Source: an uncultured delta proteobacterium (GTDB lineage: Bacteria > Desulfobacterota > Binatia > UBA9968). From it: a stretch of DNA of 64,000 nucleotides. Below are positions 1 through 9,921 of the stretch, piece by piece. The notes beneath the pieces were generated by a model. The model worked only from the letters and a program-made list of their open reading frames with translations. It ran no database searches and was not told the origin of the DNA. The stretch's first letter is position 1. Each line of letters opens with the position of its first letter. A program made the position numbers and the translations under genes. The DNA lies in contig CAVYTU010000008.1 of assembly GCA_963771465.1 (NCBI GenBank), forward strand, positions 256,001 through 320,000, in the 5' to 3' direction.

Positions 1-1187
1 AAGTCGAGACTGCTGAAAATCCGCAGCCCTTCTTTATTAAGCACGGCGGTGGAATAGTTTTCATCGAGCTCGCGGCGCAGATAATCGACGTAAAACGGCC
101 CTTCGTTAGTGACCTTCACTAACATGCGTTGCGGCAGTTTTTCTTTCAACGCGGCGTCGTACTGCTTGCGGGTAATAATTTTGTCGTCGAGCAACTTGGC
201 GAGCACGACGTTGCGCCGTTTGGTCGCACCTTCGGTGCTTTTGTAGGGCGACAAACGGTTCGGCGCGCGGATTAGGCCGGCCAGGAGGGCGGTCTCGCCG
301 ACGGTGATATCGCTGAGCGGTTTGGAAAAATAGAATTGCGCCCCCTCCCACACGCCAAAAACTCCCTGTGAGCCTCTTTGACCCAGGTAAATTTCGTTGA
401 GGTAGTTCTCCAAAATCGTTTGTTTAGGATATTTCCGCTCGGCGATCAGCGCCATCGCCGCTTCGGGAATCTTGCGGCTCAACGTTCGTTCGTCGGTGAG
501 GAAAAAATTCTTCATCAACTGCTGGGTCAAGGTGCTGCCGCCCTGCTGAAAGCTAAAGCTCCACAGGTTCACCCACATGGCACGCAGAATGCCGATCGGG
601 TCGATGCCGAAGTGTTGGTAAAATCGCTCGTCTTCGACGGCCAGAATGGCCTTGACTACGAGCGGCGGCACGTCGGCCAATTTTACCACCCGGCGCTCTT
701 GCCAGATGCGTTCATAGAGGCCGGTGATCAATTCGGGCTCAAGTTCGAGGGAAAACAGCTCTTTGCCTTCCGCAAGGTTCTCGATTTTGGCGATCGCGTT
801 GCCCTGCAAGGAAATGCGCACCGGCATGCCTTGAAATTTTTCCGTGGGTGAATCGAAGTCATGCAGGAAGATTTCGATGACGCCGGCTTTCGCCGCGATG
901 CGATACTCGCCCTTCATCTTGACCGCGACTTGCGTTTCGAAATAGCCGAGCCGATGAAGTTTTTCGGTGAGATCTTGGGCGCGAACGGTGGCGCCGATGT
1001 AGAGGAAGTAACTGTCAGAATAGATTTTCGACGGAAAAACCCATTTTCGACCTTCAAATTTCTCGCTCACTTTGTCCTCGAGCTGCTTTAAATACCAGGC
1101 ACCGAAGACGAGACCGGTAGAGGTAACGACGAGAAGCGCAACCAGTGAGATACTGAAAATTCGAAGTCTGGACTTAATCAATCCCAA
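1..1187 (-). CDS. mrcB: Penicillin-binding protein 1B (transglycosylase/transpeptidase), 5' part; runs off the window edge
   Basis: Manual translation: N-terminal TM, FEGRKWVFPSKIYSD, then GT51 motifs EDERFYQHFGID, GGSTLTQQL, RKIPE, YLNEIYLG. Start (TTG) is approximate; absent from the ORF track because it is truncated. Confidence 0.9.
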   Translation of the reverse strand, partial: MGLIKSRLRIFSISLVALLVVTSTGLVFGAWYLKQLEDKVSEKFEGRKWVFPSKIYSDSYFLYIGATVRAQDLTEKLHRLGYFETQVAVKMKGEYRIAAKAGVIEIFLHDFDSPTEKFQGMPVRISLQGNAIAKIENLAEGKELFSLELEPELITGLYERIWQERRVVKLADVPPLVVKAILAVEDERFYQHFGIDPIGILRAMWVNLWSFSFQQGGSTLTQQLMKNFFLTDERTLSRKIPEAAMALIAERKYPKQTILENYLNEIYLGQRGSQGVFGVWEGAQFYFSKPLSDITVGETALLAGLIRAPNRLSPYKSTEGATKRRNVVLAKLLDDKIITRKQYDAALKEKLPQRMLVKVTNEGPFYVDYLRRELDENYSTAVLNKEGLRIFSSLD

Positions 1188-1302
1188 CGCCTCAAATGAA
1201 ATACAATCTTCGCGCAGAACCTCGGCAAAAGCAACAAAACGAGGACGAAAGGGTTACCTTTCGTGCCTCGCTTTGCCGTAGCTGTCTCGAATCAAGGGTT
1301 AA

Positions 1303-2808
1303 CTATTTTTGCGGTTTTAGCGCCAAGAACAAAGTGCTTTCGCCGCGACGCACGAGGAATAACACACCGCGCCCCTTGCGCGCCGCCGCGACCGCCTTTT
1401 TATAATCGTCGAGACTCTTGATTGCCTTACGGTCGACTTCCATGATGAGGTCGCCACGACGTATCCCCGCCTCTTCCGCCACGCCGCCTGGTTCCACCCC
1501 GGTGACGACAACTCCGTCGGCCTTTTCCAAACCCAAATTTTCCGCCATCTGGGGGGTGAGCCGCTGGACGGTCATTCCTAACTCGCCTTTTTCCGGCACC
1601 GAGGCGACGATTTCTTCCTCCTTGAGCTCGCCGACGGCGACGTTCAAGGAGATTTCTTTGCGGTCGCGCAGTAGTTTCATCCTGACCTTCTTGTCAACCT
1701 GCGTGCGCGCTACGATGTTCGGCAGATCGCCCGAATCTTTGACCGGGCTGCCATCGAACTCGATGATCACGTCGCCAACTTTTACTCCGGCTTTGTCGGC
1801 GGGACCGTCTTTGGACACGTTAGCGACCAAGGCGCCATGTCCTCTTTCCATGCCGAGGCTTTCAGCGATCTCAGGCGTCACCTTTTGAATCAACACGCCA
1901 AGAAAACCGCGGGTGACTTTTCCTTTCCCCCGCAGTTGCGGCAGCAGCTCTTTGACCAGATTGATCGGGATCGCGAAGCCGATGCCGATATTGCCGCCGG
2001 TGCGGCTAAAGATCGCCGTGTTGATACCGATCACTTCACCGCGCAAATTGATTAGCGGTCCGCCGGAGTTGCCCGGATTGATCGACGCATCGGTTTGAAT
2101 GAAATTATCATACGGTCCCTGGGTGATATTATGGCGTCCTTTGGCGCTGACAATGCCCGAAGTGACGGAGCCGTCCAGGCCGAACGGATTGCCGATCGCC
2201 ATCACCCATTCGCCGACCTCGAGACGATCTGAGTCGCCAAAATTCGCGGCGGCAAGGCCCGTCTTTACATTGATTTTGATCACGGCAATATCGGTTTTTG
2301 GATCGCGGCCGACAACTTTGGCTTCGTAATCTTGCTCATCTCCCGAAAGCTTGACGACGATCTTGGTGGCGTTTTCCACGACATGATTGTTGGTTAGAAT
2401 CGAACCGTCGCCGTCGATGATAAAGCCTGATCCGAGACTTCTTTGGCGCTGGGGCCCGCGCGGCGCCGGTCCGCCAAAGAATCGTTTCCAAAAATCGTTG
2501 AACGGATCATCCTCGCCGCCACCAAAAGGGCTGCTGAATTCCTGGGAGCCGCGCCCCTCGCTGACTTGGGTCGTGGAAATGTTTACGACGATCGGTTTTA
2601 GTTTCTTCGCCAGATTGACAAAATCGGGCAACCCGCCCGTAAGCCGGGAGTCACCAACGCCGGCGTCGCCCATGAGATTTACAGCCCGACTCGGCGAGAG
2701 CCAGTCCAAACTGCCGCTGATGCCGAGGCCGATCACGAGAGAAACCAGGGCAACGATGGCAACCCCTTTCAAACTCACGTTACCGCTCCACTTCTTGAAC
2801 TCATCCAT
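1303..2808 (-). CDS. degP: DegP/HtrA (Do) serine protease with two PDZ domains
   Basis: TNNHVV, DIAVIKI, INPGNSGGPL motifs; N-terminal signal/TM; tandem PDZ domains. Confidence 0.95.
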   Translation of the reverse strand: MDEFKKWSGNVSLKGVAIVALVSLVIGLGISGSLDWLSPSRAVNLMGDAGVGDSRLTGGLPDFVNLAKKLKPIVVNISTTQVSEGRGSQEFSSPFGGGEDDPFNDFWKRFFGGPAPRGPQRQRSLGSGFIIDGDGSILTNNHVVENATKIVVKLSGDEQDYEAKVVGRDPKTDIAVIKINVKTGLAAANFGDSDRLEVGEWVMAIGNPFGLDGSVTSGIVSAKGRHNITQGPYDNFIQTDASINPGNSGGPLINLRGEVIGINTAIFSRTGGNIGIGFAIPINLVKELLPQLRGKGKVTRGFLGVLIQKVTPEIAESLGMERGHGALVANVSKDGPADKAGVKVGDVIIEFDGSPVKDSGDLPNIVARTQVDKKVRMKLLRDRKEISLNVAVGELKEEEIVASVPEKGELGMTVQRLTPQMAENLGLEKADGVVVTGVEPGGVAEEAGIRRGDLIMEVDRKAIKSLDDYKKAVAAARKGRGVLFLVRRGESTLFLALKPQK

Positions 2809-2818
2809 CCCAAGGCTC

Positions 2819-3256
2819 CTATCGTTTCTTGACGGCTTCGACGTATTTCATGCGCAGATCGAACAGAATATCTTGCATCAAACGGTCTTCGTTAGCATTC
2901 AAATTGCTGCGCGTCTTTTCGCGCAACATGGCAAGCAGATCGATCATCTGCTTGGCCGCCGGCACGTCAGATTCGACCTTTCCGCTGAGTGGGCTGGGAA
3001 CCTCGCCAAGATGCATCAAGACTTGCGTGCTTAGACTGATCACAAAAGTAGAAAAGTTGATTTCCGGCAACGCCTCGGACGAGGCTTCAGGAGTGTGGCT
3101 GTCCTGAGCTTCACTCGGCGCCGAAGCCGGCGCCGTTTCTGTCGGTGTCTCAGACGACTCCGGCCGTGCTTCGCCCGTTTCCGGTGAAAAACGGCGGCGG
3201 TCCTGAACGGTGAACCCTTTGCCTTCGGTTTTCCCTTCTTCGTTAGCCATTGCCAA
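2819..3256 (-). CDS. DUF1844 family protein
   Basis: FTVQDRRRF N-terminus; FSTFVISL..LGE..P, AKQMIDLL.ML.EKT..NL...E..L...LFDLRMKYV pattern. Confidence 0.85.
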   Translation of the reverse strand: MAMANEEGKTEGKGFTVQDRRRFSPETGEARPESSETPTETAPASAPSEAQDSHTPEASSEALPEINFSTFVISLSTQVLMHLGEVPSPLSGKVESDVPAAKQMIDLLAMLREKTRSNLNANEDRLMQDILFDLRMKYVEAVKKR

Positions 3257-3438
3257 TCTCCGCTATCGACCGGAAATAAATCAAGCCGCCGCACGCTTCC
3301 CAACCACAGCGACGATCTGGATTTCCTATGCAATTCATTTAATTATTAGTCGAGCCACGTACGAGATTTGTATGCGTAAGCAGCGGCGTTGAACAGCCCT
3401 TTTGGCGCAAAATACGCTGGAGAATCGTGCCTTAAACT

Positions 3439-4473
3439 CTAATCCCTGACCTTTACCTTGTCAAGGTAGCGACGCTCTCGGTCGGTCATCCATTGCGCGA
3501 TGATTGCAATTAACTTTTCAGGATCGAGACCGGTTAAGCAAGCGTGGTGTGGACAACTCGTCATCGTCACGTGCGAACAGGGCGAACAATCGATAGCGCG
3601 TCTGACAACGGCCACTTGTCTACCCCGCGGCGCCCACTGGTGCGGATCGCTCGGGCCGAACAATGCAATCGTCGGCACGCCGAGCACCGCGGCCAAGTGT
3701 GTGATGCCGCTATCGTTGCCCAGATAGATATCACCGGCGGCGAGCAAGGCGGCGGCCTGGGATAAATTTAAGCCGCTAGCAACCAGACCATGCCGACGGA
3801 GCTCGTCCACGCCGCCTCTTTCCTGCTCGACAGGACCCAGAAGTAAGATCATCACTCCACCCATACGCAAACGCCACCACTGGGCTACCGTAACGAAAAA
3901 CTGCTCCGGCCAATTTTTCGCGCGCGCGCCGCTGCCCGGCGCGACAACCAAAATTCGCCGCTGGGTTAGCGAATGTTTCGTCCAGAAATCCTGCTGCCAC
4001 AGGATCGCTTCCGCGCGAGTTGTGATCATCGGTTCACGGTCGCCAGCCGGCGGCGCAGCGATACAGCGCCGGTAATGATCGGCTTGATGCATGATCTCGC
4101 CAAGCGGACGAAATGGAAAAATCCTGGCTCGATCGTCGGTCGCGGCTTGCAGCTGCGTGACAAACTCCGGTTGCTGACTCCCCATCCACGAATAGACAGC
4201 GGCATAATCCCGGAAATAATTTTTTTGCGCGGCATCGAGTCCGCTGCCCGGGACAAACAGACGGCCGATCTCCGGACTCTCAATGGACCGAACCGTTACA
4301 CCGCAGGGTGCGATCTCGGCGAATGCGCGATGACAATAAAGAACAACTTGAGCGCTTTTCGTGAGCGCTTGCAGTGTCGGTAGGAAGCAAACGAAGTCGC
4401 CAAGCGCGCCGGGAAAAATCACACACACTTTGGAGCAATCCGTTTGGGCAACGGTCCGATCGAGCGATTTCAT
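3439..4473 (-). CDS. Glycosyltransferase family 9 (heptosyltransferase-like)
   Basis: PGALGDF, APGSG..KNWP, YLGNDSGITHLAAVLGVPTIALFGPS motifs; start trimmed to the ATG at 4473 to avoid overlap with cysK. Confidence 0.9.
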   Translation of the reverse strand: MKSLDRTVAQTDCSKVCVIFPGALGDFVCFLPTLQALTKSAQVVLYCHRAFAEIAPCGVTVRSIESPEIGRLFVPGSGLDAAQKNYFRDYAAVYSWMGSQQPEFVTQLQAATDDRARIFPFRPLGEIMHQADHYRRCIAAPPAGDREPMITTRAEAILWQQDFWTKHSLTQRRILVVAPGSGARAKNWPEQFFVTVAQWWRLRMGGVMILLLGPVEQERGGVDELRRHGLVASGLNLSQAAALLAAGDIYLGNDSGITHLAAVLGVPTIALFGPSDPHQWAPRGRQVAVVRRAIDCSPCSHVTMTSCPHHACLTGLDPEKLIAIIAQWMTDRERRYLDKVKVRD

Positions 4474-4561
4474 TGACAATACCAGAGCGAAACTATAGCA
4501 TTTGGCAAACGTCAATTCGAATTTCATACCTACCAAGAAAGTCGAGAATCTTGTGGCTAGC

Positions 4562-5506
4562 ATGAATGGTGCGCGATCCGTGCTCGATCTAATCGGCTCC
4601 ACTCCCGTCGTCAAACTCCGCGCTCTCGCCGACAAGAATGGCGCGGAAGTCTGGGCTAAACTCGAATCTCTCAACCCCGGCGGTTCGGTCAAAGACCGCA
4701 TCTGTCTGAACATGATCGAGACCGCGGAGCGTCAAGGGAAACTGAAACCGGGTGCCACTATCGTCGAGCCGACCAGCGGCAACACCGGCATTGGACTCGC
4801 TCTGATCGCGGCGGTCAAAGGCTATCAGCTGATCCTGACCATGCCCGATACCATGAGCGAAGAACGCCGTAGCTTGCTGTCAGCCTACGGCGCGCATTTG
4901 ATCTTAACGCCCGACACTAAAGGCATGGGCGGCGCGATTCATAAAGCCGAAGAGCTGCAACAAGAGCATAGCGATTATTTCATGCCGCAGCAGTTCAATA
5001 ACCCGGCGAATCCCGACGCGCATCGCAACACGACCGCGATTGAATTACTACAACAGTTCAAACGGATCGATGCTTTCGTTGCCGGCGTGGGCACCGGCGG
5101 AACCATCACCGGCGTCGGCGAAGTATTGAAGGACAAAATGAAAGGTGTCCGTATATGCGCCGTCGAACCAGCGGCATCGCCAGTGATCTCAGGGGGCGAG
5201 CCCGGCTATCACAAAATCCAAGGCATTGGCGCAGGTTTTATCCCCGCGGTCCTCAATCGTCAGCTTCTCGACGAAATCATTGCCGTGAGCGACGCCGAAG
5301 CGACTGCCTGCACGCGTCGCTTAGCGGCGGAAGAAGGGCTTCTGGTCGGCATCTCATCCGGCGCCGCCTGCTGCGCCGCGCTCAAAGTGGCAAAGACTTT
5401 GGGCAAGGGGCATGTCGTCGTAACGATTTTCCCGGATAAGGGTGAGCATTACTTGAGCACCGATCTGTTCGCCGACAAAAAATGGACGCAAAGTTCGAAA
5501 AACTAA
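4562..5506 (+). CDS. cysK: Cysteine synthase A
   Basis: [15 protein letters not shown] (PLP lysine), [22 protein letters not shown]. Confidence 0.95.
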   Translation: MNGARSVLDLIGSTPVVKLRALADKNGAEVWAKLESLNPGGSVKDRICLNMIETAERQGKLKPGATIVEPTSGNTGIGLALIAAVKGYQLILTMPDTMSEERRSLLSAYGAHLILTPDTKGMGGAIHKAEELQQEHSDYFMPQQFNNPANPDAHRNTTAIELLQQFKRIDAFVAGVGTGGTITGVGEVLKDKMKGVRICAVEPAASPVISGGEPGYHKIQGIGAGFIPAVLNRQLLDEIIAVSDAEATACTRRLAAEEGLLVGISSGAACCAALKVAKTLGKGHVVVTIFPDKGEHYLSTDLFADKKWTQSSKN

Positions 5507-6294
5507 CCCGCATCCTCTCGGAATCCGATCGCTTGCTCGTGGCATTTTCGGCCGGAGTCGATTCGACATTTCTGCTCAAGGCGGCGAATTTAGCGCTTGG
5601 TACGCGGGCCATTGCGCTCACGGCTTCGTCTGCGTCCGTACCCCCCGGCGAGATCGATGACGCCAAAGAGTTTGCCAAGAGTCTCGGTTGTCACCACATC
5701 GTTCGCGATTCGAATGAATTGGCAAATCCGTCATATCAAAAAAATCCGGTCAACCGCTGTTTTTTCTGTAAGGACGAACTTTATCGAATCTGCCGCGCAG
5801 AGGCGGAGAAGTTGGGTGTAGCGACCATCGTCGACGGCACCAACCTCGACGATCTTAAAGATCATCGTCCCGGCCTTAAGGCCGCCGACGAATGGCGTGT
5901 GCGCCATCCGTTAGTCGAGGCGGAGATGACCAAGGTCGACATTCGCCGTTACAGCCATGAACTGGGGCTACCAACCTGGGACAAACCGTCGAGTCCGTGC
6001 CTTTCGTCGCGCTTCCCTTACGGCACCTCGATCAATCTGGAACGGCTGAAGCAAATTGGCTCATGCGAAATCTTTATGAAGGCGCTTGGTTTCCGCGAGT
6101 TTCGCGTGCGCTATCACGGCGACCTCGCGCGCATTGAAGTCGCTCAGAGCGACATCGATCGGATTTTTGACAAAACCACGCGCGATGCAATCGTGAAGAG
6201 ATTCAAAGAGGTTGGATTTAATTACGTGAGTTTGGACTTACAGGGATTTCGCACCGGCAGCTTAAACGAAGTCTTGCCGAAAAAAACCGTCTAA
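5482..6294 (+). CDS. larE: ATP-dependent sulfur transferase LarE
   Basis: PP-loop [38 protein letters not shown]. Confidence 0.92.
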   Translation: MDAKFEKLTRILSESDRLLVAFSAGVDSTFLLKAANLALGTRAIALTASSASVPPGEIDDAKEFAKSLGCHHIVRDSNELANPSYQKNPVNRCFFCKDELYRICRAEAEKLGVATIVDGTNLDDLKDHRPGLKAADEWRVRHPLVEAEMTKVDIRRYSHELGLPTWDKPSSPCLSSRFPYGTSINLERLKQIGSCEIFMKALGFREFRVRYHGDLARIEVAQSDIDRIFDKTTRDAIVKRFKEVGFNYVSLDLQGFRTGSLNEVLPKKTV

Positions 6295-6989
6295 GGCACC
6301 CGCCCATCGCGGATCATCATTTCCGCAAGCCGGACATCTTCTGGCAAGGTAATCTTAAAATTGCTCCGTTCACCTTCCAAGACATAAACCGGCCTGCCGA
6401 ATTGCTCGACGACCATCGCATCGTCAGTAGCTTCCAAGCCTCTGTTTGCCGCCGCTGCGTGCGCCGCAACGATCAGCTCCCGTTTAAAAACCTGTGGCGT
6501 TTGAATCTCCCATAACGAATTGCGGTCTGGCGTGCTTTGAATCAGTCCGCCGCTGCCGACGACTTTGATGGTATCGCGCACCGGCAATCCGGCGACAACC
6601 GCGCCCTTTTCCGCTGCCGCTTCCACTAAACGGTCGATCAGCGCCGCAGAGACAAAAGGGCGGGCGCCGTCGTGAATGACGATAATATCCGCAGCCGCGC
6701 TCACCTTTTCCAAACCCCGCCTTGCAGACTGTTGACGGGTCGACCCTCCGCTCTGCAACACCCATGGACGATTGATTAAGGCCGCATCCCCCCGCAGCAT
6801 CGCATCGCAGCGCTCCAATTCATTTTCAGCAACCACGAGGATGACTTCCTCGACCGCCTTGGCTGCAAACATCCGGTCCAGCGCGCGCAGAACTAATGGC
6901 CGGCCGGCGATTGACAGATACGTTTTAGAAACGTCAGCGCCAATACGTCGGCCCGCGCCAGCGGCAAGAACGATTGCGGTTACATGCAT
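6291..6989 (-). CDS. ispD: 2-C-methyl-D-erythritol 4-phosphate cytidylyltransferase
   Basis: LAAGAGRR, HDGARPF, QTPQVF, TDDA, NFKITLPED; downstream of carD as is typical. Confidence 0.95.
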   Translation of the reverse strand: MHVTAIVLAAGAGRRIGADVSKTYLSIAGRPLVLRALDRMFAAKAVEEVILVVAENELERCDAMLRGDAALINRPWVLQSGGSTRQQSARRGLEKVSAAADIIVIHDGARPFVSAALIDRLVEAAAEKGAVVAGLPVRDTIKVVGSGGLIQSTPDRNSLWEIQTPQVFKRELIVAAHAAAANRGLEATDDAMVVEQFGRPVYVLEGERSNFKITLPEDVRLAEMMIRDGRVP

Positions 6990-7007
6990 GGAAATGCAAC
7001 TCAAAAT

Positions 7008-7039
7008 AAAAGAGCCGAGAGATCGCTCTCGGCTCTTTT
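7008..7039. terminator. Intrinsic terminator hairpin (bidirectional shape) between carD and ispD
   Basis: AAAAGAGCCGAGAG-ATCG-CTCTCGGCTCTTTT perfect inverted repeat with A/T tails. Confidence 0.8.
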
Positions 7040-7063
7040 GGATCGTCGGTGAACAAGCCCTCT

Positions 7064-7546
7064 TTAGTGAGTAAAGATATGGCGCAGCTCTTCCATAATT
7101 TTTTCTTCTGAATGCGACCGCGCGATCGACAACTCCTTGACCAACAAGTTGCGCGCGGTGTCCAACATCTTTCGCTCGCCAAAGGACAACTCTTTATCGC
7201 CCTTGAGAACAAAGAGGTCGCGTAACACTTTGGCAATTTCCAGAATCGAGCCGGTCTTAATTTTTTCCGTGTATTCCCGGTAGCGGCGGTTCCAAGTTTG
7301 CTGGTCGGCCTCAACTTTCTTTTGCCGCAACACTTTGTAAACTTTGGTAACCATGGCCCGATCGATAATTTTTCTCAGGCCAACCGAATCCACGTTATCG
7401 ATAGGAATCATGATCTTCATATCGGTCTCGAGGATTCGCAGCATATAAAACTTTCGCTCTGTTCCCGAAATCGCGTGGCTACGGATTGCTTCAATCTCGC
7501 CCACACCGTGGGCCGGATAAACTACTTTCTCGCCTACTTTAAACAT
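7064..7546 (-). CDS. carD: CarD/CdnL family RNA-polymerase-binding regulator
   Basis: MFKVGEKVVYPAHGVG, TWNRRYREY, LSFGERKML; GAGGAGG RBS before the ATG at 7546. Confidence 0.95.
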   Translation of the reverse strand: MFKVGEKVVYPAHGVGEIEAIRSHAISGTERKFYMLRILETDMKIMIPIDNVDSVGLRKIIDRAMVTKVYKVLRQKKVEADQQTWNRRYREYTEKIKTGSILEIAKVLRDLFVLKGDKELSFGERKMLDTARNLLVKELSIARSHSEEKIMEELRHIFTH

Positions 7547-7944
7547 ACGAACCTCCTCGTAAACCGAAGCTTGCGTCGTTTTGTTCGAATTTTGGCCGAC
7601 AGTGACCGCACGAATTGTCAGGCCGGCTGCTGTCAAGAGTCTGAAGAGCTAAGGAACGATTTTGAAGTAGTGGTAAGTGAGCGAACTGAAGTTTTGCGTG
7701 GAGCAATTTTCTCATGCGGCTGTCTTTCAAACCGAAAACCCGAGCACCAAAAAAATTAGCGGCCATTTGGTGCAGACCGCTAATCCAACGTCAACCTACC
7801 AAATAACTTATACAACGGAGGCCGAGAGGCCGTCAAGAGCGGCGCGAATTTCGGGGAAAGAATAATTCTTTCAATGCTTTAGATATGAAATATCGAGGTT
7901 GCCAAGCAATCCCAATTCAGCCTATTTAGGGACGCTGAAAGACC

Positions 7945-8370
7945 CTAATCGATGATCTCTAAAGTCATCGCGAGAGCATCTTCGCCATCGTCTGAATAAT
8001 ACCCCTTGCGAATCCCAGTGATAGAAAACCCAACGGCCTCATAGAGCTTCTGAGCCGGTAGGTTAGACTTTCGAACCTCAAGCATCACACGAGTCGGTGC
8101 TTGGCCTTTCGCTTGGCTTAAAACTTGGCCCAAAAGAAAACGCGCAATACCCTGGCGGCGAAAGTCGACGTGAACTGCGATGTTATGAATGTCGAGCGCA
8201 CCTGGTAACAGCCAGTAAAGCACGTAGCCAACGATGCGGCCATGAACTTCAGCCAAAATCGACCGCGCGCAGGCGACCTGTAATTCTTGAAGAAAAAAGC
8301 CAGTGCTCCAAGGAAAGCGATAGGAGGTACGTTCGATCATCATGACGTCGTCGATATCCGCCATCGTCAT
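7945..8370 (-). CDS. rimI: Ribosomal protein S18 alanine N-acetyltransferase
   Basis: FPWS, NIAVH..FRRQGIA, LEVRKSN..AQKLY...GF...GIRKGYY..GEDALAM; start uncertain (8370 or 8400). Confidence 0.9.
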   Translation of the reverse strand: MTMADIDDVMMIERTSYRFPWSTGFFLQELQVACARSILAEVHGRIVGYVLYWLLPGALDIHNIAVHVDFRRQGIARFLLGQVLSQAKGQAPTRVMLEVRKSNLPAQKLYEAVGFSITGIRKGYYSDDGEDALAMTLEIID

Positions 8371-8400
8371 GGGCCGAAACCCGATGTTTTCTGCGGTCAC

Positions 8401-8438
8401 AAAAAAGCCGCGGCCATCTTCACTGGCCTGCGGCTTTT
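8401..8438 (-). terminator. Intrinsic terminator after the ferredoxin-fusion gene
   Basis: Minus strand AAAAGCCGCAGGCCA-GTGAAGA-TGGCCGCGGC followed by TTTTTT. Confidence 0.65.
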
Positions 8439-8497
8439 CCTGGTGAACTTTTTTTGCTTTTGGCTCGCTGTCGATCACAACTATTGCCAGACTATCA

Positions 8498-9820
8498 CTA
8501 CGCTTTGACGAGCAACACTTCGAGTAGCTTGTCGTGAAACTGGTGCGCGAAGCCCGTGATACGGTTATGGAAAGGAATGATCGTGGTAAATTCCGGTGGA
8601 AACGCCCCCACACTCGACGAAATCTTGCGCACTTTTTCGTCAACACACTTGCCCTTGACTACAAGCTCCCCGTCTCTGAGAGCCAAGTCATAATCATAGT
8701 CAGGCATTTCATCGGGCAACTGAGCGCGGCTCGCCACACCGATCTCGGGAATCCAGCGTGGGAATTCCATGCGAACCAGAAACGCAGCGCCACGATCCTC
8801 AACCGTGTAAACGTTGCCATAACGCCGTTCGCGTTCGAGCTTGTCGACAAAGCCATCAGAATAAAAACCATCCACCGGGATCGGCAACTCCCGCACCAAA
8901 CCCAAGTACTTTGCGAAAAAAGGTTCGGCCAGCAAACTAAGCGGCACACCGTACAATGACGGAGGGAAAGTCATCTCCTCCGCTGGCTTCGCTTTGAAAA
9001 TACCATCGCGCAGTCGCACAATGCCCTCGACCGCCGCTACGACAAATCCTATCAGAACCCAGATATTGGTGTCGCGGCTAAAGATCGCCTCAGGATTGGT
9101 CAGCACCGCCACTAGGACAATCGCCACAACCGGATAAAGGACAGCGTTGTGAATAATGTTGAGCGCCGTGCTGCCCGCCGCGGTAAACCACGGCGTCTGC
9201 ATCGCAGTCTCGAGTCTCTTTTTGATCCCATGCGGGAACGAGCCGATAATCGGCTGGAGCAAAATAACCGCAAGCCTGGGAAGACCTGTTATCCTACTCC
9301 TACCGGTTGAATATTGATTGGATACTTCCGTAAAACTTCCGGGCACTTCATGGGGAAACGTCTTCTTCGGTGCAGGTTCCTTTTTCGCGGGTATCGGTTT
9401 GGGCGCCACCAGTTGCGGCGGCGGTTTTGCCGCTGCAGGCGCTACCGAGGGCTTCGCTGCCGGCGCGGCAACAGGTACTGCCACAGCCACTTTAGCGGCC
9501 GCAACTGGCGCCTCTGCAGCCGCTAAAACTTCACCCTTGCGAAACCTCGACTGAAAACTGTCACCAAAGTCGGTCTCTTTGTGCAGCTCACGGGCTCGCG
9601 AAATCAAGACCTCTTCGCTCTCGATATTATTGGGGTCAGTGACGCAAACATCGACCGGACAGACCGCTGCGCAAGCTTCGTAGTCGTGGAACCCGACGCA
9701 TTCGGTGCACAAAAGCGGGTCGATGACATAAACCGGATCACCCGCGCTTATTGCGTTATTGGGGCACTCCGGCTCGCACGCGCCGCAATTAATGCAATCG
9801 CTGGTAATCATCGTAGCCAT
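8498..9820 (-). CDS. YfhL-type 2x[4Fe-4S] ferredoxin fused to an Ala/Pro linker, membrane helices and a C-terminal soluble domain
   Basis: CINCGACEPECP and CTECVG..EACAAVCPVD motifs; low-complexity linker; hydrophobic segments. Confidence 0.8.
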   Translation of the reverse strand: MATMITSDCINCGACEPECPNNAISAGDPVYVIDPLLCTECVGFHDYEACAAVCPVDVCVTDPNNIESEEVLISRARELHKETDFGDSFQSRFRKGEVLAAAEAPVAAAKVAVAVPVAAPAAKPSVAPAAAKPPPQLVAPKPIPAKKEPAPKKTFPHEVPGSFTEVSNQYSTGRSRITGLPRLAVILLQPIIGSFPHGIKKRLETAMQTPWFTAAGSTALNIIHNAVLYPVVAIVLVAVLTNPEAIFSRDTNIWVLIGFVVAAVEGIVRLRDGIFKAKPAEEMTFPPSLYGVPLSLLAEPFFAKYLGLVRELPIPVDGFYSDGFVDKLERERRYGNVYTVEDRGAAFLVRMEFPRWIPEIGVASRAQLPDEMPDYDYDLALRDGELVVKGKCVDEKVRKISSSVGAFPPEFTTIIPFHNRITGFAHQFHDKLLEVLLVKA

Positions 9821-9921
9821 GGATAAATGCTCCTCATCGATGTCACTTTTTTTTACGTGTTTCCCTCTGGGTTGTCAATAATTTACGCGATTAGTTGAAA
9901 GTCGCGGAACGTTCATGTTAG

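Noticed and set aside
378-851. Long antisense or alternate-frame ORFs (e.g. 378-851, 2387-3034, 16385-17152, 27109-28074, 38758-39549, 43202-43951)
   Set aside because: Shadow ORFs opposite well-supported genes in GC-rich DNA; no motifs.
3403-3417. GG-N10-GC sigma-54-like spacing
   Set aside because: Points into the 3' end of a convergent gene and is a poor consensus match.
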